This document shows positions 47,601 through 56,700 of a stretch of 64,000 nt of DNA, in pieces. Location of the stretch: the NCBI GenBank assembly GCA_045654565.1, contig JAZONP010000219.1, forward strand, positions 4,153 through 68,152, in the 5' to 3' direction. The DNA comes from Bacteroidaceae bacterium (GTDB lineage: Bacteria; Bacteroidota; Bacteroidia; Bacteroidales; Bacteroidaceae). The notes under the pieces are model-generated. The model did no database searches. It was not told where the DNA came from and saw only the letters and a program-made list of their open reading frames with translations. The translations under genes and the position numbers were made by a program. The stretch's first letter is position 1. Each line of letters opens with the position of its first letter.

Positions 47601-50600
47601 TTAAGCATCATATCCACGCGTCCACCAATACGTGCCGACTTGAGCAAGAGATCATTTCCATTGAGTTCCACTGCGTTAAGGTGGCTTGCTGCTATTTCAG
47701 CCCCTAAGCGGATACCCAAGAGCGAGTTAAACCAGCGACCCAGACCAAGGCCGAGTTGTACACCACCCGTCTGGCCAAAATCAATTCCTGTACCAGCTGC
47801 ATACTGAAGACCTATCGCATAGTTTACAAAGTCATAACGGCTACGATGAGATTGGTTCAGCTCCGACAAACGGTTATAAAGTTCCTCATCCGGAGTGTAC
47901 TTCACACCCAATAGGGCATCGTACTGTAAGAAAGGATACTTGGTACGCTTATTGAACAAGTGTTCGAACGAGGTCTTCACACGAGGCTCAAACATAATCG
48001 CCCAATTGTTATCGATATCATACGATACAGGAGCGGCCACCTGAGCACCCCAGAAGAAATTGCTTGCACTCTCACTGTATGGTTCACCAAAGGGAACATA
48101 GCCCTCACGGAGGACCTTTTCAGACTCAGCCACCTTATAACCCAATGTAGGACCGATTGCCAAAGCCGCATTCCATCTACGGTCATTGGTATAACCCTGC
48201 ATCAAGGTGGTGACATCAAACACATAGTCAAGGCCAAAGTTCATATAATCTACACTATAGTTGTGTAGACTCGCGGCTCCATCATTTCCACTATACAGCT
48301 CACGCTGGTGGTAGTTGGCATAGTTTCCGGTCAAACGCACAGCAGAGTAAGGGCTGAACTTATACTCAGCAGCAATACCACCGGTATAGTCTGAGATAGG
48401 AGCATCAACATACTCCTTACCATTGTATATATAACCAAGACCACCCAACAATGCGAATGAGAAGGCAGGTCTAAACTCACCAGGCTGATACTTATTGGAA
48501 TGGAAAGCATATTCCGTAGCACCCAGCTCCATACCAGCAACCAATGAATAGTAGCTGCTCTCTGTTGAGAGATTATAGGTGTAGCGTGGCTCAAGGTAGA
48601 AGACACGATAGCCATCGTAATTGTAACGAAGCTGAAGACCTCCTGATAGCGCATTGTAGTAGTTATCCAAGATGTCTGTTCTGTTACCTCTGAGCATTCT
48701 ACCATATTCCCAACCCAGGATGAAATTGAGGCCGAACAGTCTATCATAACGATTGGCTACGTAATCGAAGGGAGCAAGCATCAAATCCAGACGTCCGCTT
48801 GCGCTCACCTGACGGTAGTCGTTCAACGGGTCCTCAAATCCAGGTTTCCAGTCATGCGACATCAGATTGATCGAAGCTCTTGTAGCAAGACCGGGGTTGA
48901 ACCAATAGCCTAAACCCGCCTCGATGCGCGGTCCCATATTGCCCAATGTCATAGCGCTCTGTGCGCCTACGCCCAAGTGAGTAAAGAGATGACCCGGCTG
49001 TGCCTTGAACAACGTATCGGTACCCACATAGTAACGATCCTGGAACGAATAGCGCAATCCCAACTGTGCATTCAAGATTTTACTTGCACCTTGAGAATGA
49101 ACCTGGTTAATGTAGTCCTTACCGAAGAAACGGGCACGGGGCTCAAACAAGATATCCCAACGGGGAGCAATACGATACCCAACAGGAATACCCACTTGGA
49201 AGCCAAGGTCCTGGTCTATGGCCTTACCATTGTATTCCTCGATTCTTCCCTCGTCAGTAATAAACTTCTCGCCCACACGACGGCTAAGCACAGGACCAGC
49301 AGCCAAGGCCACATCCCATTTCTTGTTTATATCATATCCCTGCAACAATGTTCCCAAATTGAATACATAATCGGCAGACACATCTACAAAGCCATATCTT
49401 CCTGTAACGCGGGCGGCATCTCTGAATGACAATCGAGAGTAGTCGGCCATAAGGCGTATACCAGAGTAGGGGGTAATCTGCATATCTCCCGCCAAGCCAC
49501 CACTATAGTCCATACTGAAGTCGCTTGCATGTTCCTTGGTGATGAACAAATAGTTAACACCACCCAACATCGACAATGAGATGTGAGGAGCGTGAGGAGA
49601 AGGTTGCTTCTTTCTACCCTTGAAACCATTCTCCGTTACCGAATACTCCAAACCCGCAGTCAACGAATAGAGATAGTCACGGTAGTGGTCTACATAGTCT
49701 TGATAGGGCGCAGCATAAGGTACGTTATAGTTGGCCAAAGTCACGCGCGGCTCCAGATAGAGCGATGTCTTCTCATCATACTTGTAACGGAGCTGCAAAC
49801 CTGCAGAGAAGCCATCATAATGGGTTCTCAACAACTTAGCAGGATCGATAGCTGTCTTAATCGTCTGACCATACTCCCAACCCAACACAGCATAAACGTC
49901 AAATAGGGGGTCATCATTTCCTTTAATATAATGATAGGGGCTGAACAGGAAGTCCAAACGTCCATTAGCCAAGACATTCTTCAGACGGACATCGGATTCC
50001 TTTTCGTCATCAGCATCCATGCTGCTCGTTGAAAGGTTACCTGTGGCACGAATGGCAAGACCCGGTCTGAGCCAATAACCGACACCCAATCTGAGGTGAG
50101 GGCCTGCAGAGGCAAAGAAGGGAACTTCGTTCGGACGTCTGTAATATCCCAAGAAGGGTTCAAACTGTGCACCGATACCAAAGTCCATAAATGCTCTCCC
50201 TTTGTAACCGCTCTTTTGGCGTAACGAGTCTCTGAACTCTTGCGAATGGAACGTATAGGCCAATGACACATCAGTACCATACAGCACATCATATTTGCGG
50301 AAATTCTCGATACCCGAGAAGTCCACATTATCACTTGCTAATGCCACATAAGGCTCAATGCTCAAAGAAACGGCAGGGCTGAGTAGCATGCGTGCTCCTG
50401 CACCCACGACAGCCATCGGACCTTTTTCGACCTTATCCAGACGCTTACTATAGAAACCACCGACACCCAAGCTGGTCACAGCCTCTACCTTGCGGTAGGG
50501 ATTATACCCACCAAAATAACGAGTCCAGTTGAATGAGTACAGCAACTCAGCCTGGTACTTGTTCATGCGGATCGAACGCGAAGCCTGCTGATAGATTCCT

Positions 50601-50980
50601 TCAAACACGAGCAAGCGTAACGAGTGCAACTTGTTGATCTCTTTCTCAACAAAAAGTCCATAATTGAGCGCAGGAACAAAGCCTTGCGATGTGCGCTCGT
50701 GAATCTTGTCGACATGCCACACCATACCGATGCTCGTGTTGTCGTAGAACTTCTTATTCAGATAGGGTTCACTATCACCATACCTAAACCTCGGTTGAAG
50801 AGACAAGGAATCAATTGCATTGAATCCTGGATTCTCTGCCTTAAACTGAGATCCTTCGACACTATTCTCCAATACAGCATCTTGCGCCACACCTTGCAAG
50901 GGTATAGCACACATACACACACACAGAATCAGCAATTTCAGCACGCCTCTATTTTGTCGTATATACGATTGGTTTGTCAT
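44630..50980 (-). CDS. 2116-aa exported protein composed of about eleven tandem small outer-membrane beta-barrel-like modules
   Basis: Signal peptide ...CAIPLQGVAQ|D. An N-terminal module (res ~35-255) is followed by five two-part units starting at residues ~262, ~664, 1048, 1411 and 1775. Strand-like segments alternate throughout. The protein ends ...LLMGVKYSF with a terminal Phe (beta-signal-like). Its ATG overlaps the upstream stop (TAATG at 50978-50982). Confidence 0.7.
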   Translation of the reverse strand: MTNQSYIRQNRGVLKLLILCVCMCAIPLQGVAQDAVLENSVEGSQFKAENPGFNAIDSLSLQPRFRYGDSEPYLNKKFYDNTSIGMVWHVDKIHERTSQGFVPALNYGLFVEKEINKLHSLRLLVFEGIYQQASRSIRMNKYQAELLYSFNWTRYFGGYNPYRKVEAVTSLGVGGFYSKRLDKVEKGPMAVVGAGARMLLSPAVSLSIEPYVALASDNVDFSGIENFRKYDVLYGTDVSLAYTFHSQEFRDSLRQKSGYKGRAFMDFGIGAQFEPFLGYYRRPNEVPFFASAGPHLRLGVGYWLRPGLAIRATGNLSTSSMDADDEKESDVRLKNVLANGRLDFLFSPYHYIKGNDDPLFDVYAVLGWEYGQTIKTAIDPAKLLRTHYDGFSAGLQLRYKYDEKTSLYLEPRVTLANYNVPYAAPYQDYVDHYRDYLYSLTAGLEYSVTENGFKGRKKQPSPHAPHISLSMLGGVNYLFITKEHASDFSMDYSGGLAGDMQITPYSGIRLMADYSRLSFRDAARVTGRYGFVDVSADYVFNLGTLLQGYDINKKWDVALAAGPVLSRRVGEKFITDEGRIEEYNGKAIDQDLGFQVGIPVGYRIAPRWDILFEPRARFFGKDYINQVHSQGASKILNAQLGLRYSFQDRYYVGTDTLFKAQPGHLFTHLGVGAQSAMTLGNMGPRIEAGLGYWFNPGLATRASINLMSHDWKPGFEDPLNDYRQVSASGRLDLMLAPFDYVANRYDRLFGLNFILGWEYGRMLRGNRTDILDNYYNALSGGLQLRYNYDGYRVFYLEPRYTYNLSTESSYYSLVAGMELGATEYAFHSNKYQPGEFRPAFSFALLGGLGYIYNGKEYVDAPISDYTGGIAAEYKFSPYSAVRLTGNYANYHQRELYSGNDGAASLHNYSVDYMNFGLDYVFDVTTLMQGYTNDRRWNAALAIGPTLGYKVAESEKVLREGYVPFGEPYSESASNFFWGAQVAAPVSYDIDNNWAIMFEPRVKTSFEHLFNKRTKYPFLQYDALLGVKYTPDEELYNRLSELNQSHRSRYDFVNYAIGLQYAAGTGIDFGQTGGVQLGLGLGRWFNSLLGIRLGAEIAASHLNAVELNGNDLLLKSARIGGRVDMMLNPLAFGSNYTPGRLGTALLLGWEAGGKIDALYYTSPYKHFYNSLSVAAQLRLRTDENHAFYIEPRYAIDDRLVSMTAGLEYAMSEYRFRSGRRQPGEFTPYYSIGLAGGVSHRFLTNMYAGMPQLGVNAGLSGEYHFTPYSGVRFTAGYAEVTTGTTKRTGHINTGFDYMFDLSTLFAGYTPERRLGVALAAGPVFSTRASESKEVAQLAESSVGAQVGIPVQYRLNENLGITLEPRAQAFFNRDYALVNGGRSAIVNLLMGVNYTPGEKLYEHMEKLNVSHNTRYDFINYAVGLQYATGMGVDFGHTGGMQLGLGVGRWVNSLLGVRLGAELAASHLNSVNLNGGELLLKSARFGGRVEMMLNPLAFSRSYTPGRFGTALLLGWEAGGKIDALYYTRPDKHFYNSLSVAAQLRLRTDENHTFYIEPRYALDDHLVSMTAGLEYAMSEHRFRSSRRQPGEFKPYYNIGVAGGVSHRFLTNVYAGLPQLGVSAGVSGEYHFTPYSGARFAVEYAEVTNGTAVRVGHINNGFDYMFDLSTLFAGYTPDRRLDVALAAGPVFSTRTSEGNVVVDHLAKSSIGMQVGIPVQYRFNENFGVSLEPRAQAFFNRDYAALNGGRSAIMNLQAGVKYTPGERFYQRMEMQDETYGTRRSFVNYSMGLQYAAGNGIAFGSTGGMQLGLGVGRWFNSLLGARVGAEIAASNLNSVNLQGGELLLKSARIGGRVDMMLNPLAFGSSYTPGRFGAALLLGWEAGGKIDALYYNVDRHFYSSMSVGAQLRLRTDEEHILYIEPRYTLDDHLVSVSAGMEFGMSEYRFRASRRQPGEFKPYYNVGVAAGLSHRFLTNMYAGLPQLGINTSLSGEYHFTPYSGARLSAGYAEVTNGTKSRVGHVDLGVDYMFDLSTLFAGYTPDRRLNVTLAAGPLFSMKASKVSHIAKASVGASVGIPVEYRLNENWGVSLEPRALAFFNRDYAALNGGRSAIMNLLMGVKYSF
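44633..47839 (-). repeat. three tandem ~1.03-1.09-kb coding repeats (units 3-5 of the giant protein)
   Basis: The units span 46751-47839, 45659-46750 and 44633-45658. Each begins R(Y/R)(D/S)F(V/I)NY..GLQYA.G.G..FG.TGG. They remain alignable residue by residue, with most positions identical by eye. Confidence 0.85.
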
Positions 50981-53865
50981 TATTTTCTCTTTCGCATTTC
51001 ATTAAAGTAAAACATCTCAAACAGCTTCTGCGTCTTCTTAGAAGCTTTCACCTCCTCATCTGCATATCTTGCCACATTGATAACCGACAAGTAATCAGGG
51101 TCGCAAGCTATACATTTCTCTAAATTACGTATTACATCATTTTCATCTTCCGAGGTACGAGCAGCAATCGCTCTTTCGTACCAATAGTAGGGATGATCAA
51201 CATTGGTCTCGACAATCCAATAAGGTTCCATCATACCGTCATATGTTCCCTGTTGCTTCCATGTAGCAATCTGTAAGGAGTCAATTCCGCTAAGTTCAAA
51301 ATTTTCCCTATCAAAAGTCTTCTTATAAACTTCTGCCTTCATCATCTTCTCCCATGCGGCAAAAGCGGGTATGACAATCTTTACACGATTATGAATCAAT
51401 TGCTGATCATTGTTTGCCACAGGCATCTTGCGAAGATCCAATTTAAAGCATTCCGCAAGATACTCAGCTGCATCATCATAGTTAGGAGAAGGACGCAACA
51501 ATTCAATAATGGCCTTCAAATACCATGCAATGGAAGTCTCTGGCAACTCGTAAAATTGCTCCTCCAAGAGTTTTTTACGAGCTTCCTCATCATTTTCTCC
51601 ATCTGCTTGAGCAATATTCATAATGACACTATTAATCAAAGAGACATCAGAGACCTCCGCTCTCGTACGCACTGCTCGTTCATCCTCACCGCGGTAGTAT
51701 CCACGCTTACAATTGGCTAGTGCCAACATCTTACGATAAGTGGGATTAGTTTTACATTCAGGAGCCTCCTCAATCATATCTGTAAGATGCCCCAATTCCA
51801 CCATATTTTTCCGATCCGATTGCATAAGAAGCATAATCATCTGCTCTGCAATAATTTCAGGATAATTGGTATACTTAATGATTCCAATACGATTGTTATC
51901 TGCATCGTGTTTATAAATAGGCTGACGCAAAGGCTCAACATAACGACGGACAATAGTATCCACTCCTGTATACGGAGAAATCTCGGGTTCACTAATCATC
52001 GTACGATTAATGAAAGGACGTAAAATGTTAAGGTCAAAGGTATCACGTTCAATATACGACGTCGCCAAAATATTGGCTGCCAAAGCCCAATACCCTTCAT
52101 TATAAAGAGAATCCCCATCTTCAATATCATCCTTGGTTAAACGAGTATTTACCAAAGCACGTTTAGCAATCTCCTCCAAACGGGCACGTATCTCAGGTTC
52201 CTTACGATCATCCCAATAACATTGAATAAGGTGATAATAGTGCGCACGATTAAATTCGTCGTCACGGCCTGTATCGAACATTTGTATCAATTCATCTTGA
52301 TTCAAGGTACGATCCTCCACCTTAGTGTAGGTATAACGCACCGTACGCAACTTCGGCAAGTATATAGGTTTAATAATAGTGGCATAACTTCCAAGGCGTG
52401 CCACAGCTTGTCCCTGACTAACACGGTTACCGGGATATTTAGCGATAATTTCACGCACCTGCTGAGCTATCGTAATAAGACTATCACGCTCCAAGCTATC
52501 AGCGACCACATTCCATCCAAGAACCTCCGATTCACTGGGACGGATAACATCATGCATATGATAGGGAATAACAGACTTTAGTTCACGCATCACAAAGTCT
52601 GCACGACGACGAGCAAGGTCTTCATTCGACTGAGGATTACCCTCAGGTGAAGAATATCCAAACACCTGCATAAATCTCAGTTTTGAGGAACTCTGACGGA
52701 AAGCTTCCTGCAACTCACCTCGAGCCTCAGCAAGAATACGGGTATTGGTGGTATCCTTGGGGTTAAGGGTTGCCTTACCTACCTCAAAGTTAAGCTTCAC
52801 CTCACCATTCGAGTCCATAGGACGTACCTCCATACGTTCCTCAAAATCCTCCAGATTTACATCCAAATCCTTCTCAAAACTAAAATCAAGAAATTTGATA
52901 TAGTTTGTACGCTCACCTTCGTCAATACGAATAGTATCAAGCACATAACGTTCATTATAGTCCTCAACAGCAATGATTGCACGAGCAGGATATGGATATG
53001 ATTCATCCGGATTGTGTCCGGTGAGAGTATCAATATAGTGTTTTAGACAAATGGAATCTTTCTTTACATCAATACGAGTATGAGTAGTGGCATTGACTAT
53101 AAAACGTGCCAACTGATCATTAGCATACTTGTCGAAATCCATACGACGAACCTGAGTACAATCATACTCGTCGTAATCATATACCACGGGATCTGCCCAT
53201 GCAAACACCTTATTTTCGCCTAAATCGGGACCATCAAGCCAATAAGGTTGAATAATAATACGCGAATTGGTTCTGCTACGACAAGGATGAGGGAGGCTAT
53301 CTATTTTTAGGAAGAGTCTGCCATCTTCTTCAACAGTTCTCGTACCGACAAAACCTCCTTTCTTTCTTTTTCCAAGAACCTCAAGCTCATCTATGGTCAA
53401 TCCATCCTTAGTCATATCACCTGTCGGAGCCTGCTGTTTCTTTTTGACCACATCAAAAATGAGAGAACTTACGTTCTTGGTTATTTTGCGCATTCCTTGT
53501 TTCGTATCATAACCTTCATTATGCACTAGCACCATGACATAACCATCAGTTTTAGTACTGATAGAAAAGGAAACTTCAGGATTCAAATTGGTCAGCTGCA
53601 CTTTCTTGATACTCATGTAAAGAGAAGAAGGCACACCACCTGCCTTTATCTTGTTTTCTCTAAAATCCTTTAAAGCTGCATCGGCCTCTGATTTATTATA
53701 AAAACTATAGACATAACAAGTAAAGGAACCTCCCCAAACAATGTCGTTAAGAGCCTCATCTGAGAGTTTTATCATGCCCTCCACCACACGCTCACCTTGA
53801 GCTTGCACAAGGGTGGGGAGTACACCAAAGAGACCTATAAGTAATATCCGTATAATCTTTTTCAT
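50980..53865 (-). CDS. exported protein: N-terminal beta-rich region (DUF3868-like?), OmpA-C-like segment, long C-terminal helical-repeat region
   Basis: Signal peptide MKKIIRILLIGLFGVLPTLVQAQ from ATG 53865 (an alternative ATG at 53883 overlaps the upstream stop). OmpA-like block VKLNFEVGKATLNPKD...LRFMQVFGYSSPEGNPQSNEDLARRRADFVMRELK. The C-terminal ~450 aa is helical and TPR-like. Confidence 0.6.
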   Translation of the reverse strand: MKKIIRILLIGLFGVLPTLVQAQGERVVEGMIKLSDEALNDIVWGGSFTCYVYSFYNKSEADAALKDFRENKIKAGGVPSSLYMSIKKVQLTNLNPEVSFSISTKTDGYVMVLVHNEGYDTKQGMRKITKNVSSLIFDVVKKKQQAPTGDMTKDGLTIDELEVLGKRKKGGFVGTRTVEEDGRLFLKIDSLPHPCRSRTNSRIIIQPYWLDGPDLGENKVFAWADPVVYDYDEYDCTQVRRMDFDKYANDQLARFIVNATTHTRIDVKKDSICLKHYIDTLTGHNPDESYPYPARAIIAVEDYNERYVLDTIRIDEGERTNYIKFLDFSFEKDLDVNLEDFEERMEVRPMDSNGEVKLNFEVGKATLNPKDTTNTRILAEARGELQEAFRQSSSKLRFMQVFGYSSPEGNPQSNEDLARRRADFVMRELKSVIPYHMHDVIRPSESEVLGWNVVADSLERDSLITIAQQVREIIAKYPGNRVSQGQAVARLGSYATIIKPIYLPKLRTVRYTYTKVEDRTLNQDELIQMFDTGRDDEFNRAHYYHLIQCYWDDRKEPEIRARLEEIAKRALVNTRLTKDDIEDGDSLYNEGYWALAANILATSYIERDTFDLNILRPFINRTMISEPEISPYTGVDTIVRRYVEPLRQPIYKHDADNNRIGIIKYTNYPEIIAEQMIMLLMQSDRKNMVELGHLTDMIEEAPECKTNPTYRKMLALANCKRGYYRGEDERAVRTRAEVSDVSLINSVIMNIAQADGENDEEARKKLLEEQFYELPETSIAWYLKAIIELLRPSPNYDDAAEYLAECFKLDLRKMPVANNDQQLIHNRVKIVIPAFAAWEKMMKAEVYKKTFDRENFELSGIDSLQIATWKQQGTYDGMMEPYWIVETNVDHPYYWYERAIAARTSEDENDVIRNLEKCIACDPDYLSVINVARYADEEVKASKKTQKLFEMFYFNEMRKRK

Positions 53866-53882
53866 AATCGTGCGTCCTGTCA

Positions 53883-54437
53883 TTATCTAATCACATACAC
53901 TATGGATACACCCAACTTAATGGGGACCAATGCATATCCGCGTGCATTGAAACGTTCACCATATCCAGAAATATCATCCCCCTGACGGAAGAACTTCTCT
54001 CTATATCCAACTACACCAAAACTGCCCGAGAGGTCAATATTCCATCGTTGAGTCAGTGTCCAGACATGGCCAAAGGAGAGACCAAGACCTACCGCATCGC
54101 CATGGTGATAGTCTTTCCAGTTGAGTTTATAACCCGTCATGTTGGCTACAACACCCACGTATTGTCTGGTCAAAGGGCGTCCGTTAAACCAATATCTGAA
54201 CTCTGGGGTTACACTGGTCATCTGCATCTTTACACCCCAAGGATTACGGTTGAACGCAACCTCAGCACCCAAGGTGCATTTCTCACCCACAACAAGGTCA
54301 ACACCCACATTCGGAGTCATCAAGAGATCCTTCAACGCATCAGTTCTCACAGCAACCATCTGAGCTGAAAGATCTTGCGTCGAAAGTGCCAACAATGCCA
54401 CCACACAAGTTAGGAGTCTATAGATGCTTTTCTTCAT
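53883..54437 (-). CDS. DUF3575-family small outer-membrane beta-barrel protein
   Basis: Signal peptide ...LSTQDLSAQ. The sequence VAVRTDALKDLLMTPNVGVDLVVGEKCTLGAEVAFNRNPWG...TPEFRYWFNGRPLTRQYVG matches the DUF3575 pattern (VA.KTN.L.D....PN.G.E......L...YNPW...PE.RYWF). Confidence 0.75.
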   Translation of the reverse strand: MKKSIYRLLTCVVALLALSTQDLSAQMVAVRTDALKDLLMTPNVGVDLVVGEKCTLGAEVAFNRNPWGVKMQMTSVTPEFRYWFNGRPLTRQYVGVVANMTGYKLNWKDYHHGDAVGLGLSFGHVWTLTQRWNIDLSGSFGVVGYREKFFRQGDDISGYGERFNARGYALVPIKLGVSIVYVIR

Positions 54438-54454
54438 TATGCTATTGTATACTT

Positions 54455-55420
54455 TTATTTAACTTCAAATTCAATGTTATCCTGGCCAATCACATTGATC
54501 TCGGCCATATAGTTACATCCCGCCTTAAAGCCTCCATCCAATGTCAACACGACAGGAGCCGATTCATCCAATTGGATGGTATAGCTGTTTGCCTCAGGGA
54601 GGAAGCAACGAGCAGTCTTCTCCTCACCCAACGAAACGATGAAATCTGTTGTCTCAGCCGTAAAGTTAACTCTCATCTTAGTCTCGTCATCGGCAGCCAC
54701 AACAAAGAGTCCACGATAAGGTAGATTCTTCACACATACACGGTTCGCCTCCGCACTTCCAGCCTGAAGCGAGAACTGCAATGTCACAAGTTGATGCTCC
54801 ATCGTAAATGTAGGATATACTCCCCAATAACCAGTCTCTGCACTATATGGCACCAATGAAGAGCCCTCCAACTTGGACTTTTGCTTCTCAGTAGGAGTAG
54901 CAACACTACACATCAAGTCCTGCGTACCGTCGATTTCAATCTCGTAGGCTACAGAGTCAGCACCACGCAGCATTTTTTTACCCTCCTTTACTGCATCACC
55001 CACATAATAGGCAAAGAACTTATAGCTGTAGAGCGAATTTGCGCTGTTGTAATGAGGCATCTCGTCATCTTCCCATTGGAGGATTGATGACATGTCATTA
55101 CCCAAGCGCGCCTTCTTTCCGCCCGCACTATCACCCATCAAGCAGTCAGTCTTAGAGCGATAATCCGTAGCCTCAGGAGCGCCCTCCACGCCTGTGGGAG
55201 TATAGAAAGCATAGACATAGAAAGCAGAATCCAACTCCTCATCTACCATATCCTGAGCATCATCCATAGCGACCAGTACGGGAATACGCAAACCGGCATT
55301 GTCAAATACAGCTTGGTGCATATACCCAAAGAAATCCTTCTCCGGATAGTCGATGTTACAACCGACAAATAGGGTTGCAAGCAAGCTCGTACAGATAATA
55401 TGTAAGTATGTTCTTTTCAT
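54455..55420 (-). CDS. fimbrillin-family (type V pilin-like) lipoprotein
   Basis: Lipobox LFVGC. Pilin-like features are FYVYAFY, TQDLMCS and MEHQLVTLQFSLQAG. It has the size of a stalk or accessory pilin. Confidence 0.6.
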   Translation of the reverse strand: MKRTYLHIICTSLLATLFVGCNIDYPEKDFFGYMHQAVFDNAGLRIPVLVAMDDAQDMVDEELDSAFYVYAFYTPTGVEGAPEATDYRSKTDCLMGDSAGGKKARLGNDMSSILQWEDDEMPHYNSANSLYSYKFFAYYVGDAVKEGKKMLRGADSVAYEIEIDGTQDLMCSVATPTEKQKSKLEGSSLVPYSAETGYWGVYPTFTMEHQLVTLQFSLQAGSAEANRVCVKNLPYRGLFVVAADDETKMRVNFTAETTDFIVSLGEEKTARCFLPEANSYTIQLDESAPVVLTLDGGFKAGCNYMAEINVIGQDNIEFEVK

Positions 55421-55455
55421 GCAGTATGTTTCTACCTAAAATCTAATCCTTTTTA

Positions 55456-56700
55456 TTAATATATCTCCCAAGAATCCTTCAATCCATCGATGTTTGTCTG
55501 CAACACAGCTCCGTCATGCATAAACATCAAGGTATCAGGGATACACAATGTGTTCGAGTAGGGCATATTGGGGTTCTCACCGGAATTCTTTATAAAGTAT
55601 GACCCTCCCTTCTCTTCATCAATCTCCACTACTAAAGGAGCTTCAGTAAGGGTATTGTACAGATTGATTCGGGCATAGGAGGTCAACTCTTCCTTGTCGC
55701 CATTTCCATTGTCGCTGCTTGCATACACACACAACTGCAATATACCTGCGCCAAAGCCAGCCTTAGGATCCTTGTTGGGGATCAAGCCCGTAACAGAAAT
55801 CGTAGTCTGATAGTTACACAACACGAAAGCCTTATCTACCCAAGTTCCTCCCTCGTTAATCTTGAGGATAGTGTCTTGCTTAACATAGTTCTCATCAGCC
55901 TCAAACTGGAACAACATTCTGTAGACTGTATCAATATCAAGCTTACCCGAACGCAACATCATCTTGTGAGGAATTCCCGACACCTCAGCAACGATACTGT
56001 CAATGGTTACCTGACCTTCTGCATATAGGGGCAGAGAGAAGGTGATATCCTGTGTCGCTCTTTGGGGTTCGAGAAGCACCTTTGCACTCTCGCCTACGCG
56101 AACACCAAAGGTGTACTCCTGTGTTGAGTCAACCTCAACCTTAGTGGGATTGGGATAGATAGCATAATATATAGGCTTGAAATCCGATGAGATATACTTC
56201 AAACCGGGATTGAGGTCATCTCTCCAGCCCTCTCTGTCGCACTCACAACCTACATAGGCAACCTCCAAATCATTCATATCCATGGCATTCAAGAGGTCAG
56301 TATCTTCAGCCTCATTCAAACCATTGAAGTTGTATACGGCAGGATCATGGTTAAAAGCGAACATGCGATATTCACCCTCGCGCACTTGAAGACGATTATC
56401 TTCCTCATCGTACATCTTACCGAAAATATAACGGCCTCCCTCAGACGTTTCGGCATCCGTAACATACCCAATGTAATGGTTGTTGACCACTCTATTCACG
56501 AGGGCGAGCATAGAATCGGGACGCTCATCACCCATATTATCGGGCCACTGGTAAGAGACCACGACCTCACCTAAGTGGGTGTGCTTGTCATCGGAACAAA
56601 CATCCACTTGCACACATGAGATAAACGCAGTCAAGCACAGCATCATCAGTGCTGTGCGATATATCTTGTCACCTATGCGAACCATATCAGTCTTCATCAT
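55456..56700 (-). CDS. lipoprotein, possibly Mfa2/FimB-like or DUF5119-like pilus-associated protein
   Basis: Lipobox AFISC. The sequence is beta-rich. It sits between a DUF3575-type gene and a fimbrillin-like gene. The start is ATG 56700 (14-nt overlap with the upstream stop) or ATG 56685. Confidence 0.45.
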   Translation of the reverse strand: MMKTDMVRIGDKIYRTALMMLCLTAFISCVQVDVCSDDKHTHLGEVVVSYQWPDNMGDERPDSMLALVNRVVNNHYIGYVTDAETSEGGRYIFGKMYDEEDNRLQVREGEYRMFAFNHDPAVYNFNGLNEAEDTDLLNAMDMNDLEVAYVGCECDREGWRDDLNPGLKYISSDFKPIYYAIYPNPTKVEVDSTQEYTFGVRVGESAKVLLEPQRATQDITFSLPLYAEGQVTIDSIVAEVSGIPHKMMLRSGKLDIDTVYRMLFQFEADENYVKQDTILKINEGGTWVDKAFVLCNYQTTISVTGLIPNKDPKAGFGAGILQLCVYASSDNGNGDKEELTSYARINLYNTLTEAPLVVEIDEEKGGSYFIKNSGENPNMPYSNTLCIPDTLMFMHDGAVLQTNIDGLKDSWEIY

